Shown piece by piece: positions 19,636-30,814 of a DNA stretch of 64,000 nucleotides. Position numbers and translations under genes: made by a program. Position 1 is the first letter of the stretch. Each line of letters begins with the position of its first letter. Under the pieces are notes generated by a model, which searched no databases, had not been told where the DNA came from, and saw only the letters and a program-made list of their open reading frames with translations. This stretch comes from Elainellaceae cyanobacterium (GTDB lineage: Bacteria > Cyanobacteriota > Cyanobacteriia > CAZCXK01), in contig JBNPEG010000048.1 of the NCBI GenBank assembly GCA_051117555.1, positions 72,267 to 136,266 of the forward strand. Direction: 5' to 3'.

Positions 19636-22600
19636 CTATTCATTATCATCATGGCCGATCACGGCACTCCGATCGAGCAATAGGAGGTTCCGCAACTGGT
19701 CAGTATCAAAGTCAGTGAGCCAGTTCTCGCCTGTGCCAACTACCTGTTCTGACAGGGCTTTCTTACTCTCAATCAGCTCGTGAATCCGTTCTTCTAAGGT
19801 GCCAGTGCAAACAAACTTGTGAACCTGCACATTGCGAGTTTGCCCAATGCGAAAGACTCGGTCTGTTGCTTGATTTTCCACTGCCGGATTCCACCACCGA
19901 TCGAAATGAAACACATGATTAGCACGAGTTAAATTAAGCCCGACCCCTCCTGCTTTGAGCGACAAGATAAAAATTCGGGGGCCTTGCGGATCGTTTTGGA
20001 AGCGATCAACCATGTCTTCGCGCTGTTTCTTAGACGTGCTGCCATAGAGAAATAGCGCTTCACGCTCAAACTGGCGTTCGAGGTAGGCTTTCAGCAGCTT
20101 GCCCCATTCTGCAAATTGGGTAAACACCAAGGCGCGATCGCCCTCTGAGATGACTTCCTCCAGCATTTCTTCAAGTCTTTGAAGCTTTCCAGATGCGAGT
20201 TTAAACGCTGATGGGTTTGACGCTGGATCGATAGATGCTGAGCGCTTGCGAGATTTTTTGGGCGCGTCACTGCTCGCGTCATCCATCAGAGCGGGATGGT
20301 TGCAAATTTGTTTGAGCTTCACAAGCAGTGCCAAAATCATGCCGCGTCGCTGGATACCTTCGGCGGATTCAATGGCGGCAAGAGATTGATCGACCCGTTT
20401 TTGGTAGAGCGCTGCTTGGTCAGCTGATAAGCCACAAAATACGGTCATTTCTTGCTTGTCAGGCAAATCTTTGATGATATCTCGATCGGTTTTTAAGCGT
20501 CGCAAAATAAATGGCTGGACGAGCGATCGCAACGTTTGCAGCGAATCCGTATCGCCATAGCGCTCAATTGGTACTGCAAAGCGCCTCTGGAAAAAGTTGC
20601 GAGGTCCTAGATAGCCAGGATTGAGGAAATCAAGAATCGACCACAGTTCAGACAGGCGGTTTTCAATAGGAGTTCCGGTTAGAGCAATGCGAAACTGGGC
20701 GTCGAGCTCTCGCACTGCTTGAGACTGCTTTGCATCCGGGTTTTTAATATTCTGGGCTTCATCGAGCACTATCCCTTGCCATGAAACACTCCTGAGATCC
20801 TTGATATCTCGATAGGCGAGCGCATAGCTGGTGACGACCAAATCCTGATCGTTAACCGTTTTCGCAAATGCCTTACCTTGCGATCGCTTGTCGCCATGAT
20901 GGACGACGACCTTCAAACTCGGACCAAACCGCTTTACTTCTCGCTCCCAGTTACCCAAGACTGACGTGGGGCACACCAGCAGCGTGGGGTGCTCAAGATT
21001 GTCATGTTCTTGCAAATGAAGCAAGAGCGCAATTAATTGAATGGTTTTACCCAGTCCCATATCGTCTGCCAGGCACGCGCCCAGACCCCACTGCTCAAGA
21101 AACGCCAGCCATGATACGCCGCGTAGCTGGTAGGGGCGTAACTCACCCTGAAAACTATCAGGTACTGCAATCGGCTCGATGCTCTCATTGCCTGTGGTCA
21201 AGGTTTGGATGAGTTCTTCGAGCGTTCCCGATGCTTCAAAGTCAACGACGGGTAATTTCTCAATCGTCTGCGTGTCACCCGTACTGATTCGCAGGGCATC
21301 TTCTAATGACAGTGTCATCTGGTCTTTGCGTGCCGCAAAAAATGACTGGGCAGCTTTGATATCTTGCGATCGCAGTTCGACCCATTCACCGTTAATTTCG
21401 ACCAGCGGGGTATTCATGGCCACCAGGCGATCAAATTCGGTTTTCGAAAGGCGCTGACCGCCGATGGTGAGCTCCCACTTAAAGTTGAGCAAGCTCTGTA
21501 AGCCGAGTTGTTGCCGCTTGCCCCGCCTCGGCGGCTCAGCCCGAACGCTCAGCCCGAGTCGACTCGCCAGCCCATTTGGATTCGAAAGACTCGGCGGTAA
21601 GATCACACCAAAACCGCTATCTTGAAGTAACCAAGCCACCGACTTGATAAATTCGTAGACTTGGGTGGGGGTGAGCAAACACGAACGAGGCTGCTGGTTT
21701 TGAAGGCTGGGTTCGATGAGTGGATACAGACGCGTTGCAAGCCCTAGCCCCGCTAAGAGCGTTTCTTGAGGTTGTTGAATAGTGCGTCCAGCATAGATGA
21801 GTCGCTCAACGGGATTATTCCAAATAGTCTCGGCATTCACCAAAAAATTGGGGTCATCATTGGCTTGTAGGCAATATTCCAGCGTCCAATTCGTCTCACC
21901 GGCCTCTGGGGGATGTAAATGGAATCCGGTGCGAAAGCGGGAGATTTGTTGGGTAAGCTGCCGTTCTATGGGAGTTAGCCAGGTGGTTAAAGCCCCTTCC
22001 AGGCGATCGCCCCGTTCTGGTTCAGCCGCTAAAATCGGTTGACTGCCTAACGATTGCAGCCATTCTCGCAATGGCAAATCCTTGGGAAGCTGAGTGGCAG
22101 GCATCGGCACAGCACTCGCAACCGACCGCACCTGAGCATCGATCGTATTGTTGAGAAAACTAAACAGCAAATCTTTGGCGTGCTGAAACCGTTGCTCGTC
22201 ATCGATAATTTGATGGGCAATTTGGTCGGCAAACATAGACACCCCAGCAGCGTCTTTCGAATCAGCACCGGCGTTTGAATGGTTGGATATGCCGTCCGAA
22301 CGTACATCGCCAGATGAGCCATTCGTCGTATCTGATGCTGGAGTGCTTGCATCGGTAGGAACATTATCGGCGGCTGGATCTGAGATCTCTGATTGCTCTA
22401 GAGAATGAGTATTATTTTCATTATCTGCATACACATTATCTGCATACATTTGACACGCCGCGGGCATATGGCTGATAAAGTGCCGCAACCGCATTTGATC
22501 GGTGCCGCTATCCAGCAGGGCCTGCCAGCGCGTAAATCGAGTATTGTCAGCGCGACGGGCGAGTAGTGGCAAAAACTTAGACCGCGATAGGAGGTCTAGC

Positions 22601-23193
22601 ATCCAACGGGCGACATGCGACCAAAACCGCAACTCTGGAGAAAACCGAGACTCGTTTGCATCGACAGAACCCAGCGGCAGCGAATGCAACAGTTGAATCG
22701 CTTCAGATGGCGAGAGGCAGAGTCCTGAAATGGACCAAGCATGGAGGGTTAGGTCGGTGGCAGCAGACGACTTACCCTGCAAGACTGCATCGACTGTAGT
22801 AGATGCAGAATGCTGAGGCACTGCCGCAAGGGTTTTGCGCTTAGCAAGGGGCACACGGTAGGTCGGGAAGGCTGCTGTAACAGTATGCCAATGCGCCAAA
22901 TATGGCTTAGCTTGAGGATCTAGAATCTCCTCTAGACCGCCTAGATTGTGATCCTGGTGGAGCGATCGCAAAAATTTAGCGAGTTCTTCAGCCTCCATGA
23001 CAAATGGATGAGGCATTGTCGAGCCATTGGGCACCCAATCATTCGGCTCGACTCTGCGCCAGGTTTCTCCCCAGATAAAGAAGCGTCCGCCGAGCAGATG
23101 GGTTCGGTGAGAGCCATCGTGGTGTTTGCGTTGATGAAGGGGAAGGATATGGGCTTGACGGTGAATCAGCCAGCTACCGTGTAAAATCGCCAT
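19636..23193 (-). CDS. SNF2-family helicase
   Basis: LADDMGLGKT, DEAQNIKN, LTGTPIEN, SLKAGGVGLNL, WWNPAVENQATDR. Confidence 0.95.
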   Translation of the reverse strand: MAILHGSWLIHRQAHILPLHQRKHHDGSHRTHLLGGRFFIWGETWRRVEPNDWVPNGSTMPHPFVMEAEELAKFLRSLHQDHNLGGLEEILDPQAKPYLAHWHTVTAAFPTYRVPLAKRKTLAAVPQHSASTTVDAVLQGKSSAATDLTLHAWSISGLCLSPSEAIQLLHSLPLGSVDANESRFSPELRFWSHVARWMLDLLSRSKFLPLLARRADNTRFTRWQALLDSGTDQMRLRHFISHMPAACQMYADNVYADNENNTHSLEQSEISDPAADNVPTDASTPASDTTNGSSGDVRSDGISNHSNAGADSKDAAGVSMFADQIAHQIIDDEQRFQHAKDLLFSFLNNTIDAQVRSVASAVPMPATQLPKDLPLREWLQSLGSQPILAAEPERGDRLEGALTTWLTPIERQLTQQISRFRTGFHLHPPEAGETNWTLEYCLQANDDPNFLVNAETIWNNPVERLIYAGRTIQQPQETLLAGLGLATRLYPLIEPSLQNQQPRSCLLTPTQVYEFIKSVAWLLQDSGFGVILPPSLSNPNGLASRLGLSVRAEPPRRGKRQQLGLQSLLNFKWELTIGGQRLSKTEFDRLVAMNTPLVEINGEWVELRSQDIKAAQSFFAARKDQMTLSLEDALRISTGDTQTIEKLPVVDFEASGTLEELIQTLTTGNESIEPIAVPDSFQGELRPYQLRGVSWLAFLEQWGLGACLADDMGLGKTIQLIALLLHLQEHDNLEHPTLLVCPTSVLGNWEREVKRFGPSLKVVVHHGDKRSQGKAFAKTVNDQDLVVTSYALAYRDIKDLRSVSWQGIVLDEAQNIKNPDAKQSQAVRELDAQFRIALTGTPIENRLSELWSILDFLNPGYLGPRNFFQRRFAVPIERYGDTDSLQTLRSLVQPFILRRLKTDRDIIKDLPDKQEMTVFCGLSADQAALYQKRVDQSLAAIESAEGIQRRGMILALLVKLKQICNHPALMDDASSDAPKKSRKRSASIDPASNPSAFKLASGKLQRLEEMLEEVISEGDRALVFTQFAEWGKLLKAYLERQFEREALFLYGSTSKKQREDMVDRFQNDPQGPRIFILSLKAGGVGLNLTRANHVFHFDRWWNPAVENQATDRVFRIGQTRNVQVHKFVCTGTLEERIHELIESKKALSEQVVGTGENWLTDFDTDQLRNLLLLDRSAVIGHDDNE

Positions 23194-23337
23194 GCAAACT
23201 CAAAATCTCTAAAATTCTGCCATCGTTGAATGCTGAAACTAAATGCTGAAACTAGATGAATCTTGCATTAGGACATAGACATTATCATTCAACTACCATT
23301 CGACATGATTCAACTTTCTAGGTGTGAAAAGTATTGA

Positions 23338-23532
23338 GAGGATGTTTTAAAAGGGGCCGGCGGTTAAAACCGCGCCTATACAAACAAAGTCCGCCGCAGC
23401 GGACTCCAGCAAAACCAACGGTTTTTTGTCCGTGTAGCCTGCGTTTCGCAAGCGACATGTAACGCGAAGCGTCTCTGTCAAGAGAACTTTAGTCGCTAAG
23501 GCAACAAAAAATAGGACTTTTAAAACATCCTC
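23338..23532. mobile_element. MITE family C (IS5/IS1031-like ends)
   Basis: Perfect 16-bp TIR GAGGATGTTTTAAAAG/CTTTTAAAACATCCTC with TGA duplication on both sides. Confidence 0.85.
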
Positions 23533-23776
23533 TGAATAGCAGGATGCGGCACGATGAGAATAATTATGTTGAGGATAATTCATTATGGAAATGATAAAAC
23601 CGCTATAAACCTGAATCATGGTCAGGCTATTTCATTTATAGTGCTTAGCGTCAGAGCGATCGCCAGGAAAAACGTTAGGATTTGAGCTAAATGTGGTTTA
23701 CCTGCGACATTTGAATCATTGTACAACTTCAAACCTGGCATCATGTGGACATCACGATCAGAAAGGAGATCTCCCC

Positions 23777-24484
23777 TTGGTTCCCTTAAATGATGACAAC
23801 CCAACGCGGACAACCCCTTACGTCACCATTGCCCTAATTATCATTAACGTGCTGATTTTTTTCTACGAAATTCAGTTGAGTCCGCCTCAGCTAGAGCAGT
23901 TTTTTAGAACCTGGGCTGTCGTACCAGAGCGGTTAACGGCCAGTTTTCAGGGTGAAGCGTCCGCGTTAATTTGGATTACGCTAATCACGTCGCAATTTCT
24001 TCATGGCGGGATTTTGCACTTAGGCGGCAACATGCTTTATGTATGGATTTTTGGCAACAATATCGAAGATAAGCTCGGTCGCGCTAAATATTTAATCTTT
24101 TACCTTGCCTGTGGAATTTTAGCCTCACTGGCACAGTGGGTGTTTTCACAAAATTCTCAAATCCCATCATTAGGAGCAAGTGGGGCGATCGCCGGCGTAA
24201 TGGGAGCCTACATTATTCGTTTTCCAAAGGCTCGCATCTTGACGTTGTTTCCGATTTTCTTCTATATCACGGTACTGCGAGTGCCTGCCTACGTGTTTTT
24301 GGGGATTTGGTTTGTGCAGCAAGCGTTTTATGGAGTTGCAAGTCTCAATGTGCCATCAACAGTCGGCATGGAGAGCGGCGGCGTGGCTTATTGGGCGCAT
24401 GCCGGTGGGTTTGTTTTTGGCGCGCTGTTAGGTCCTGTTTTTGGCTTATTCAGCGATTCAAATAACCGCAATCGCTACCGTTAG
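23777..24484 (+). CDS. Rhomboid family intramembrane serine protease
   Basis: FLHGG..HLGGNM, GASGAIAG, AYWAHAGG; TTG start after AAGGAG. Confidence 0.92.
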   Translation: MVPLNDDNPTRTTPYVTIALIIINVLIFFYEIQLSPPQLEQFFRTWAVVPERLTASFQGEASALIWITLITSQFLHGGILHLGGNMLYVWIFGNNIEDKLGRAKYLIFYLACGILASLAQWVFSQNSQIPSLGASGAIAGVMGAYIIRFPKARILTLFPIFFYITVLRVPAYVFLGIWFVQQAFYGVASLNVPSTVGMESGGVAYWAHAGGFVFGALLGPVFGLFSDSNNRNRYR

Positions 24485-24526
24485 GCAACTTTTTAGGCAA
24501 CTTTATTGAATGCATCGTCATTGAAT

Positions 24527-26743
24527 TTATCGTCGACGTCTGGGCAAATTTCGGGGCGAATCCTTAGGTTTCGAGGGGCTGGCAACTTGCCCACCTGATG
24601 AATTTTCACGCCAAAACGTGGTTGCGACGTCTTGCTGTTTTTGCACATGATATGAGCGATACACCACAATGATGCCTCCTGCCAGCACCAGGGCGATCGC
24701 TGGAGCGGCAATAGGCACCCAGCCTTCGGCGGTAAAGATAACGAAGCTAGCCCCCAACAGCACTGCGAGCATCGTGACGCCCCCTAAACTGAGAACAGCA
24801 GGATGGCGCAACCACCAAGCAATGCCGCCGCCAACGACAGCCCAACCGACAATCCAAAGGATTTTTCCCCATTCAGACCAGTACCAAAATAGGGCATCTT
24901 CGTTTAGCACGGCGCTCAAAATGTGACTGACCATCTGACCATGAATCACGACTCCTGGCATTTGATGGCTTTGTTCTCGACCCGCTGTAAAAGGCGTATA
25001 GAATAAATCTTTGCTGCTCGGGGCAACCGTGCCAATGATGACGATTTTGTCTGTTACCCAGTCAGGCTCGAGTTGCCCGTTGAGAACATCCATCAGTGAG
25101 ACTTGCTGAGCAAGGCGATCAGAGGTGCGATAGTTGAGTAAGATTTGATACCCTGCCGCATCGGCATCTCGATATCCGCCGGATGTTTCGGTCAGAGGGG
25201 GGAATGAGGTTGAACCGATTTGAATGTGTTTGGGCTGCTCAGGGTCAGGCTGCAATTCTAATTCAGGATTTTCTGCCCTCAAGTATTGCAGGGCAAGCCG
25301 CAACGAAAAGGCGTGAAAGACCTTACCGCCTGATTCTGCAAACATCAGATTCCGCCGGACGACGCCGTCTGGATCAATGGGCAAGTCACTAAAGCCGACT
25401 CGCTGACTCGGAATAGTGCTAGGGGGTGGAATGTGGTCGGCAGCCGTATCGCCAAGCTTGGTGATAGCGACAACCTCGTGGGCTTGGAGCTGATTTAGCA
25501 ACGCGTCATGCCCCGGATTTTGCGGCAAGTCACGGTGCAAGTCGAGCCCGATCGCCCTGGGCTGATATTGGGCGATCGCCTCAATTGCGTCTGCAATCGA
25601 TTGGTCAGAGGGAGTGGCTCGCTGGAGTGCTTGCAAATCGGCTTCGGTAATGCCCACAATCAGCAGTCGAGGATCAGGGCTGCGATCGCCCCGCAACCTC
25701 ATCATGCGGTCATACATGGTCAGTTCTAAGGGTTCGAGCCCCCCCACCTGCCGAATGCCTAATACCAACCCAGCAACTGCAAGAGTGGCGATCGCAATGC
25801 TCATGACGCCGCCCCGCATCCCTTGCCACCACGGTAGACGCTTATTGATTTGAGCGGAGTGATCAGGGTCAAAGCCTGACAGCAGAGCCGAGTCAGGAAT
25901 TTCGGTTAATTCGGTTGGGAGTTGAGAAAGGCGTTCGAGCGCCTCCAACACATCTGCCACTGACGGATAGCGCTGACTGAAGTGATAGCGCACCATCTTA
26001 TCAAGTACCAACCCCAGTCCCATGCTGACGGCCGCATAATCACGCCACAAAATTTCGCCAGTATCAGGGTCGGTAGGCAACTGAAAGGGCTGCATTCCTG
26101 TCAAAGCTTGAATAGCCGTCACACCGAGCGCATAAATGTCGCTGCAAAACCGAGGTTTGCCCGCAAGCTGCTCGCTCGGCGTGTAGCCCTCCGTGCCGAT
26201 GCCTACGGTAAGCCGAGTCTGCTCCATACCAGTGAGAATTTGAGAGCGGATTTGCTTCACGGCTCCGAAATCAATCAGCACAAATTTATGATCGCAATGC
26301 CGCCGGATCAGGTTTTCAGGCTTAATATCACGGTGGATCACCCGATGCTGATGGACAAAGTCTAAAATCTGAAGCACGTCTTTAAGCATGGCGATCGCAT
26401 CGGCTTCGCTCATACGGGTGACGCGGTAGAGTTCATCGCCAAGAGGCGTCCCGTCGATAAACTCTTGCACCAAATAAAATTCTTGATTGTCTTCAAACGA
26501 ATCTAGAAACTGAGGAATTTGGTCGTGTTGCCCTAATTTTTCCAACGTTTCAACTTCAGTTTCAAACAGTCGGCGAGCCACTTTAAGAAACTTTGTATCT
26601 TGGCTAGCCGGTTTAAACTGCTTGACGACGCATTGGGCCTGTTCAGACTGCTGGACATCCTCGGCTAAATACGTTTGCCCAAATCCACCAGCGCCCAGTA
26701 CATTGATAATTTTGTAGCGACCCTTGAGTAAGGTTCCTTGCAT
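24527..26743 (-). CDS. Ser/Thr protein kinase with CHASE2 sensor domain
   Basis: GAGGFG, HRDIKPEN, DFG; CHASE2 motifs (DPRLLIVGITE, DPDGVVRR, MPGVVIHG) and 3 TMs. Confidence 0.92.
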   Translation of the reverse strand: MQGTLLKGRYKIINVLGAGGFGQTYLAEDVQQSEQAQCVVKQFKPASQDTKFLKVARRLFETEVETLEKLGQHDQIPQFLDSFEDNQEFYLVQEFIDGTPLGDELYRVTRMSEADAIAMLKDVLQILDFVHQHRVIHRDIKPENLIRRHCDHKFVLIDFGAVKQIRSQILTGMEQTRLTVGIGTEGYTPSEQLAGKPRFCSDIYALGVTAIQALTGMQPFQLPTDPDTGEILWRDYAAVSMGLGLVLDKMVRYHFSQRYPSVADVLEALERLSQLPTELTEIPDSALLSGFDPDHSAQINKRLPWWQGMRGGVMSIAIATLAVAGLVLGIRQVGGLEPLELTMYDRMMRLRGDRSPDPRLLIVGITEADLQALQRATPSDQSIADAIEAIAQYQPRAIGLDLHRDLPQNPGHDALLNQLQAHEVVAITKLGDTAADHIPPPSTIPSQRVGFSDLPIDPDGVVRRNLMFAESGGKVFHAFSLRLALQYLRAENPELELQPDPEQPKHIQIGSTSFPPLTETSGGYRDADAAGYQILLNYRTSDRLAQQVSLMDVLNGQLEPDWVTDKIVIIGTVAPSSKDLFYTPFTAGREQSHQMPGVVIHGQMVSHILSAVLNEDALFWYWSEWGKILWIVGWAVVGGGIAWWLRHPAVLSLGGVTMLAVLLGASFVIFTAEGWVPIAAPAIALVLAGGIIVVYRSYHVQKQQDVATTFWRENSSGGQVASPSKPKDSPRNLPRRRR

Positions 26744-26825
26744 GGTATTTTGACATGCGGCGCATTCTGATTTTTACACACAATCTCTACGGCATTACAT
26801 GAATCGATCGGATTAGCAACACACC

Positions 26826-27686
26826 ATGATTACAGGCACAACCCAACTCCTTGGAGTAATTGGATATCCTATTCAGCACTCATTGTCTCCAGTGATGCAC
26901 AACGCCGCGATCGCCCATATCGGAGCAAACTATGTCTATCTGCCGTTTCAAGTCCACCCTGATGATTTGGAGCGAGCGATCGCGGGCTTTACCGCAGTCG
27001 GGTTGATGGGGTTCAACATTACCATTCCCCATAAGCAACGTATCATGCCCTGTTTATCCGAGATGTCGTCAACGGCTCAAGCCATTGGAGCGGTCAATAC
27101 GGTTTGGAGAACTCCACAAGGCTGGGCGGGCACCAATACCGATGTGGAAGGATTTCTAGCCCCGCTGCCCCAGCGTACAGACTGGTCACAGGCGATCGCC
27201 GTCGTCTTGGGCAATGGCGGAGCCGCGAGAGCCGTTGTGGCTGGATGCGCCAGCTTGGGATGTGCTGAGATTTGCGTCGTCGGTCGCAACATGGAAAAGC
27301 TAAACGCCTTCCGCACAAGCTGGACTGATTCGTCCCTCTCGGTCAATCTATCGATATATCCATGGGATGCTCTGCCCGCGTTGCTCTCCAACTGCACATT
27401 GCTTGTCAATACAACCCCGTTAGGAATGCACCCCCGGACGAATGAGTCTCCGGTGAGCCCATCAGACTTAGAACGGTTGCCCCCTGATGCGATCGCCTAT
27501 GATTTAATCTACACCCCTAATCCGACCCTCTTTTTACAATATGCTCAGGCGCGAAACCTCGTGGCAATCGATGGGGTAGACATGCTAGTCCAACAGGGAG
27601 CAGCCGCATTAAGGATTTGGCTCAACCAGCCTGTGCCCGTGGATGTAATGCATCAGTCTCTCAGAGAGCAGTTAGCGTTGGGCTAA
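26826..27686 (+). CDS. aroE: Shikimate dehydrogenase
   Basis: HSLSPVMHN, GFNITIPHK, GAVNT, NTD, GNGGAARA, DLIY. Confidence 0.95.
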   Translation: MITGTTQLLGVIGYPIQHSLSPVMHNAAIAHIGANYVYLPFQVHPDDLERAIAGFTAVGLMGFNITIPHKQRIMPCLSEMSSTAQAIGAVNTVWRTPQGWAGTNTDVEGFLAPLPQRTDWSQAIAVVLGNGGAARAVVAGCASLGCAEICVVGRNMEKLNAFRTSWTDSSLSVNLSIYPWDALPALLSNCTLLVNTTPLGMHPRTNESPVSPSDLERLPPDAIAYDLIYTPNPTLFLQYAQARNLVAIDGVDMLVQQGAAALRIWLNQPVPVDVMHQSLREQLALG

Positions 27687-27699
27687 GTAGGTCAGCATC

Positions 27700-27822
27700 A
27701 TTCCTCACTCTAGCCGTCTCTCGAATTGGCAGAGAGAGCAGGTAACTGAACCAAGATCTCCCGCTCCTGGTCTGGGAGCGGGATTGGGGATGAGGATTCC
27801 AAACGTTTATCAGTTAATCAGG
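27700..27822. repeat. Degenerate REP-like palindromic repeat between convergent aroE and glpX
   Basis: CCTCACTCTAGCCGTCTCTC..GAGAG and CTCCCGCTCC..GGGAGCGGGA..GGGGATGAGG; ends in TTTATCAGTTAATCAG, similar to the right end of 821-922. Confidence 0.45.
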
Positions 27823-27891
27823 AATGGGCTCTAATACCCGTTGGGACATAACTCCAGAAGCCGTCATGCATGCAATCAGCATCGCTCGCCC

Positions 27892-28929
27892 TTATCGAAG
27901 CTGGATATACTTGGGTTCATTAAACATGTGAACCGTATCCACAAATCGGGCCGTGCGCGATTGATTCGAAATGACTAGACTCTGAGTGCGAGCGCCGCCG
28001 CCAAAGAAGCGAACGCCTTCCATCAGGGTACCGGCAGTAATCCCACAGGCGGCGAATAGGAGAGTCTTTCCAGAAGCTAGTTCGTTTGAGTTGTAAACCT
28101 TGTCTGGGTCATTGATGTTCATCGATTGCAGCCGCTCGATATTTTTCTCTTTGCTCTCCCCGATCAGGCCAGTCTTTACAGTCTCTGGGTCGTAAACTAA
28201 CTGACCTTGGAAGTGCCCGCCGAGGCATTCCATGGCGGCAGCGGAAATGACGCCTTCTGGAGCTGCACCGATGCCCATCAGAGCGTGGGTGTTTGTTCCG
28301 GCGAAGGCACACGAAATAGCAGCCGAAACGTCACCATCCGAAATTAGGCGAACTCTAGCGCCTGCGTCCCGAATTTCTTTGATGAGGTCAGTATGGCGAT
28401 CGCGTTTCATGACGACGACCACAAGTTCTTCGATGGAGCGATTGAGGCAATCGGAGAGAATCTTGAGGTTTTCGGTCGCTGATTTGTTGATATCGACATG
28501 ACCCCGAGCAAGCGGAGGAGCCGCCAGTTTCTTCATGTAAAAGTCTGGGGCTGCAAACAATCCACCTTTTTCAGCGATCGCCAATACTGCCATTGACCCC
28601 GGCTGCCCATAGGCTACGAGGTTGGTTCCCTCGCAAGGGTCGACTGCAATATCAATTTCGACCAACTCGTCAGGGTTGCAATAATCTTGCGCGTCAGTGC
28701 GGGTACAAATGCCCACCTCTTCACCAATAAATAGCATCGGTGCATCGTCACGTTCGCCTTCACCAATGACGATTCGACCCCGCATATGGATTTTGTTCAT
28801 CCGTTCCCGCATGGCTTCAACTGCCACGTGGTCAGCCGTATTCTTATCGCCTTTCCCCATCCAGCGTGCTGAGGCGATTGCGGCCTGTTCAACTACTTCG
28901 ATAATTTCTAATCCTAGTGTACTCTCCAC
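27892..28929 (-). CDS. glpX: Class II fructose-1,6-/sedoheptulose-1,7-bisphosphatase
   Basis: [33 protein letters not shown]. Confidence 0.97.
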   Translation of the reverse strand: MESTLGLEIIEVVEQAAIASARWMGKGDKNTADHVAVEAMRERMNKIHMRGRIVIGEGERDDAPMLFIGEEVGICTRTDAQDYCNPDELVEIDIAVDPCEGTNLVAYGQPGSMAVLAIAEKGGLFAAPDFYMKKLAAPPLARGHVDINKSATENLKILSDCLNRSIEELVVVVMKRDRHTDLIKEIRDAGARVRLISDGDVSAAISCAFAGTNTHALMGIGAAPEGVISAAAMECLGGHFQGQLVYDPETVKTGLIGESKEKNIERLQSMNINDPDKVYNSNELASGKTLLFAACGITAGTLMEGVRFFGGGARTQSLVISNQSRTARFVDTVHMFNEPKYIQLR

Positions 28930-29184
28930 CAGTGAGCCCTCCCAACTATTGATACTGCGTCGTTTTGCGGATTTTGTATTGCTCTAAAAGTCTATCAGAC
29001 GAGGGGATCTCCTCTAAATAATCTGTCTCATCAGTCTATCTAGCTCGTGTATCTATCTAGCTCGTATATCTATCTCGGCATGATGTCGCCTGACACCTGT
29101 GAGTCCTACTCACATCTCACTCCGCACCAGCCACTCCACACCAGTGTCTCGTTATCGGTGCATTCTGTGAAGCGACTATAACAC

Positions 29185-30378
29185 TTAAATAGAAAACCCC
29201 ATCTGGTTAAGCCCCTCCTGCAAGCGCTTTGCCTCACGTGGGTTGAGATGCTGATAGTGAAGATTAATGGCTGTCCGAAATGCCGCTAACCCTTCGGGCA
29301 TTTTGCCTAATTTAAACCATACGACGCCCAAGTTTTGGTGGGCATCAGGATGGGTGGGGTCAAGGCGAATAGCAGTTTGATAATGGGCGATCGCCTCTGA
29401 AAACTGTCCTAGAGCTTTGAGCGTCATTCCTAGGTTGTAATGTCCGATGGCAAATGTCGGATCGATCGTAATAACTTTCTCAAATAAAACTTTTGCGCCC
29501 GTGAGATCACTAGACAGTTGACGCAAGCATCCTAGATTGCTGTAAGCACCCAGCTTGAGACGAGGCAAAATAGGCTGCTGAATCGCTCGTTCATACGCGT
29601 GTGCAGCTTGCGCGAGGTGCCCCATGCGGCTGTAGGCAATACCGAGATGATAATAAAGCTCGTAATAGACAGGCGGCTCTAACGCATCAGACTTTAAGCC
29701 GCGTTCGAGTAGCTCAATCCCATTGTGCGCTCGTCCTAGCTGCACATAAAGCGCCCCCAATTTGCTGCACACATACGGATCGCCCGGGTGTTCGACTAAA
29801 AATCGTTCCATCGTGAACCGAGCAGTGTCGAGCTTGTTGCGGCTGGCGATCGCCCCGGGTGCATAACCATCGTGCAAGATGGCCACATCAGGAATCTGGA
29901 TGACCTGCCAATCCGCTTCCTGCTGCAAGATTTTAGCCACGCTATCGTCGATCATGGCGTGATACGGACGATCAAACCGAATGTCAGGATGATTGCGAAA
30001 CAATCGGGACACCAGAGAATAGGGAGACTGGGTTGCTCCAATTTCTTGCCGGACGAGAGTTACGACTAATGCCTGTTGATTTTCGATGGTCTGGCGTAAG
30101 GTGTCACCGATCCCTTCAGCGAGGCGTTCATCGGCATCGAGTACCAAAATCCAGTCACCAGTGGCGTGGGTGAGTGATGCGTTGCGAGCCTCGGCAAAAT
30201 TGTTAGTCCAGACAAAATGATGAACCTGAGCACCTGCTGCTTGGGCGATCGCCACGGTTTCATCTGTGGAACCTGTATCGAGGACAATCATTTCATCCAC
30301 ACTGCCTTGAACGCTAGCCAAGCAGCGAGGCAATGTTTTCGCCTCGTTTTTGACAATCATGCACAGGCTCAAATTCAT
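29185..30378 (-). CDS. Glycosyltransferase family 2 with TPR repeats
   Basis: LSLCMIVKNE, DTGSTD, LDADE; C-terminal TPRs. Confidence 0.9.
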   Translation of the reverse strand: MNLSLCMIVKNEAKTLPRCLASVQGSVDEMIVLDTGSTDETVAIAQAAGAQVHHFVWTNNFAEARNASLTHATGDWILVLDADERLAEGIGDTLRQTIENQQALVVTLVRQEIGATQSPYSLVSRLFRNHPDIRFDRPYHAMIDDSVAKILQQEADWQVIQIPDVAILHDGYAPGAIASRNKLDTARFTMERFLVEHPGDPYVCSKLGALYVQLGRAHNGIELLERGLKSDALEPPVYYELYYHLGIAYSRMGHLAQAAHAYERAIQQPILPRLKLGAYSNLGCLRQLSSDLTGAKVLFEKVITIDPTFAIGHYNLGMTLKALGQFSEAIAHYQTAIRLDPTHPDAHQNLGVVWFKLGKMPEGLAAFRTAINLHYQHLNPREAKRLQEGLNQMGFSI

Positions 30379-30544
30379 GGTGCTCGCCCTACTTCAGCTA
30401 TCCAGTTCTAGGCTGATTCTAATTCTCGTGAGCCAGAGTGTTCCAATTAATCTTCCCATGGAATGCAGCATGGAATACAACGTCGAGTTAGCCATCTCTG
30501 AATCTGAAGCGAAGAGAATTTGTCGAGAAAATGTAGGTAGACCC

Positions 30545-30621
30545 CCCAAAGCGAAACGGACAGTTAGAGCCCCCGAACTGTCCGCCTCGCTATTGGGATG
30601 GGCTGGGCAATGCTCAGCCCA
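30545..30621. ncRNA. Candidate structured RNA (two hairpins)
   Basis: ~21-bp stem CCCAAAGCGAAACGGACAGTT/AACTGTCCGCCTCGCTATTGGG plus TGGGCTG/CAGCCCA stem in an intergenic region. Confidence 0.35.
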
Positions 30622-30737
30622 CATAATCAAAACTAACGGGTGTAAGACGTCTTTGGGCAAAGTCAAGATGAAGAATTGGCGAAATAAATAAGAAAATATT
30701 TTACAAATGTTCTAGGACAAGCGCCGCTTTTATCTTA

Positions 30738-30767
30738 ATAAAAAAAAGGAAGCTTTAGCTTCCTTTC
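30738..30767 (-). terminator. Intrinsic terminator of STAS-sugar transferase
   Basis: AAGGAAGCT-AA-AGCTTCCTT followed by a T run on the minus strand. Confidence 0.8.
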
Positions 30768-30814
30768 TAATAGCATTTGAAATTGAATCAAATTACATCC
30801 AATCATTCAGGTAT

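Noticed and set aside
29034..29075. Short tandem duplications (also ~23232, ~32912, ~44433) as operator arrays
   Set aside because: The two-copy 11-17-bp duplications are unrelated in sequence and are consistent with replication slippage.
29100..29145. Yfr1-like sRNA (ACTCC..CAC motifs)
   Set aside because: No exact ACTCCTCACAC, no flanking terminator, and not in the usual guaB-trxA context; it looks like a short local duplication.
30394..30666. 90-aa ORF (and opposite-strand 30350-30691)
   Set aside because: No recognisable domain or RBS; it overlaps the hairpin pair, which is better explained at RNA level.
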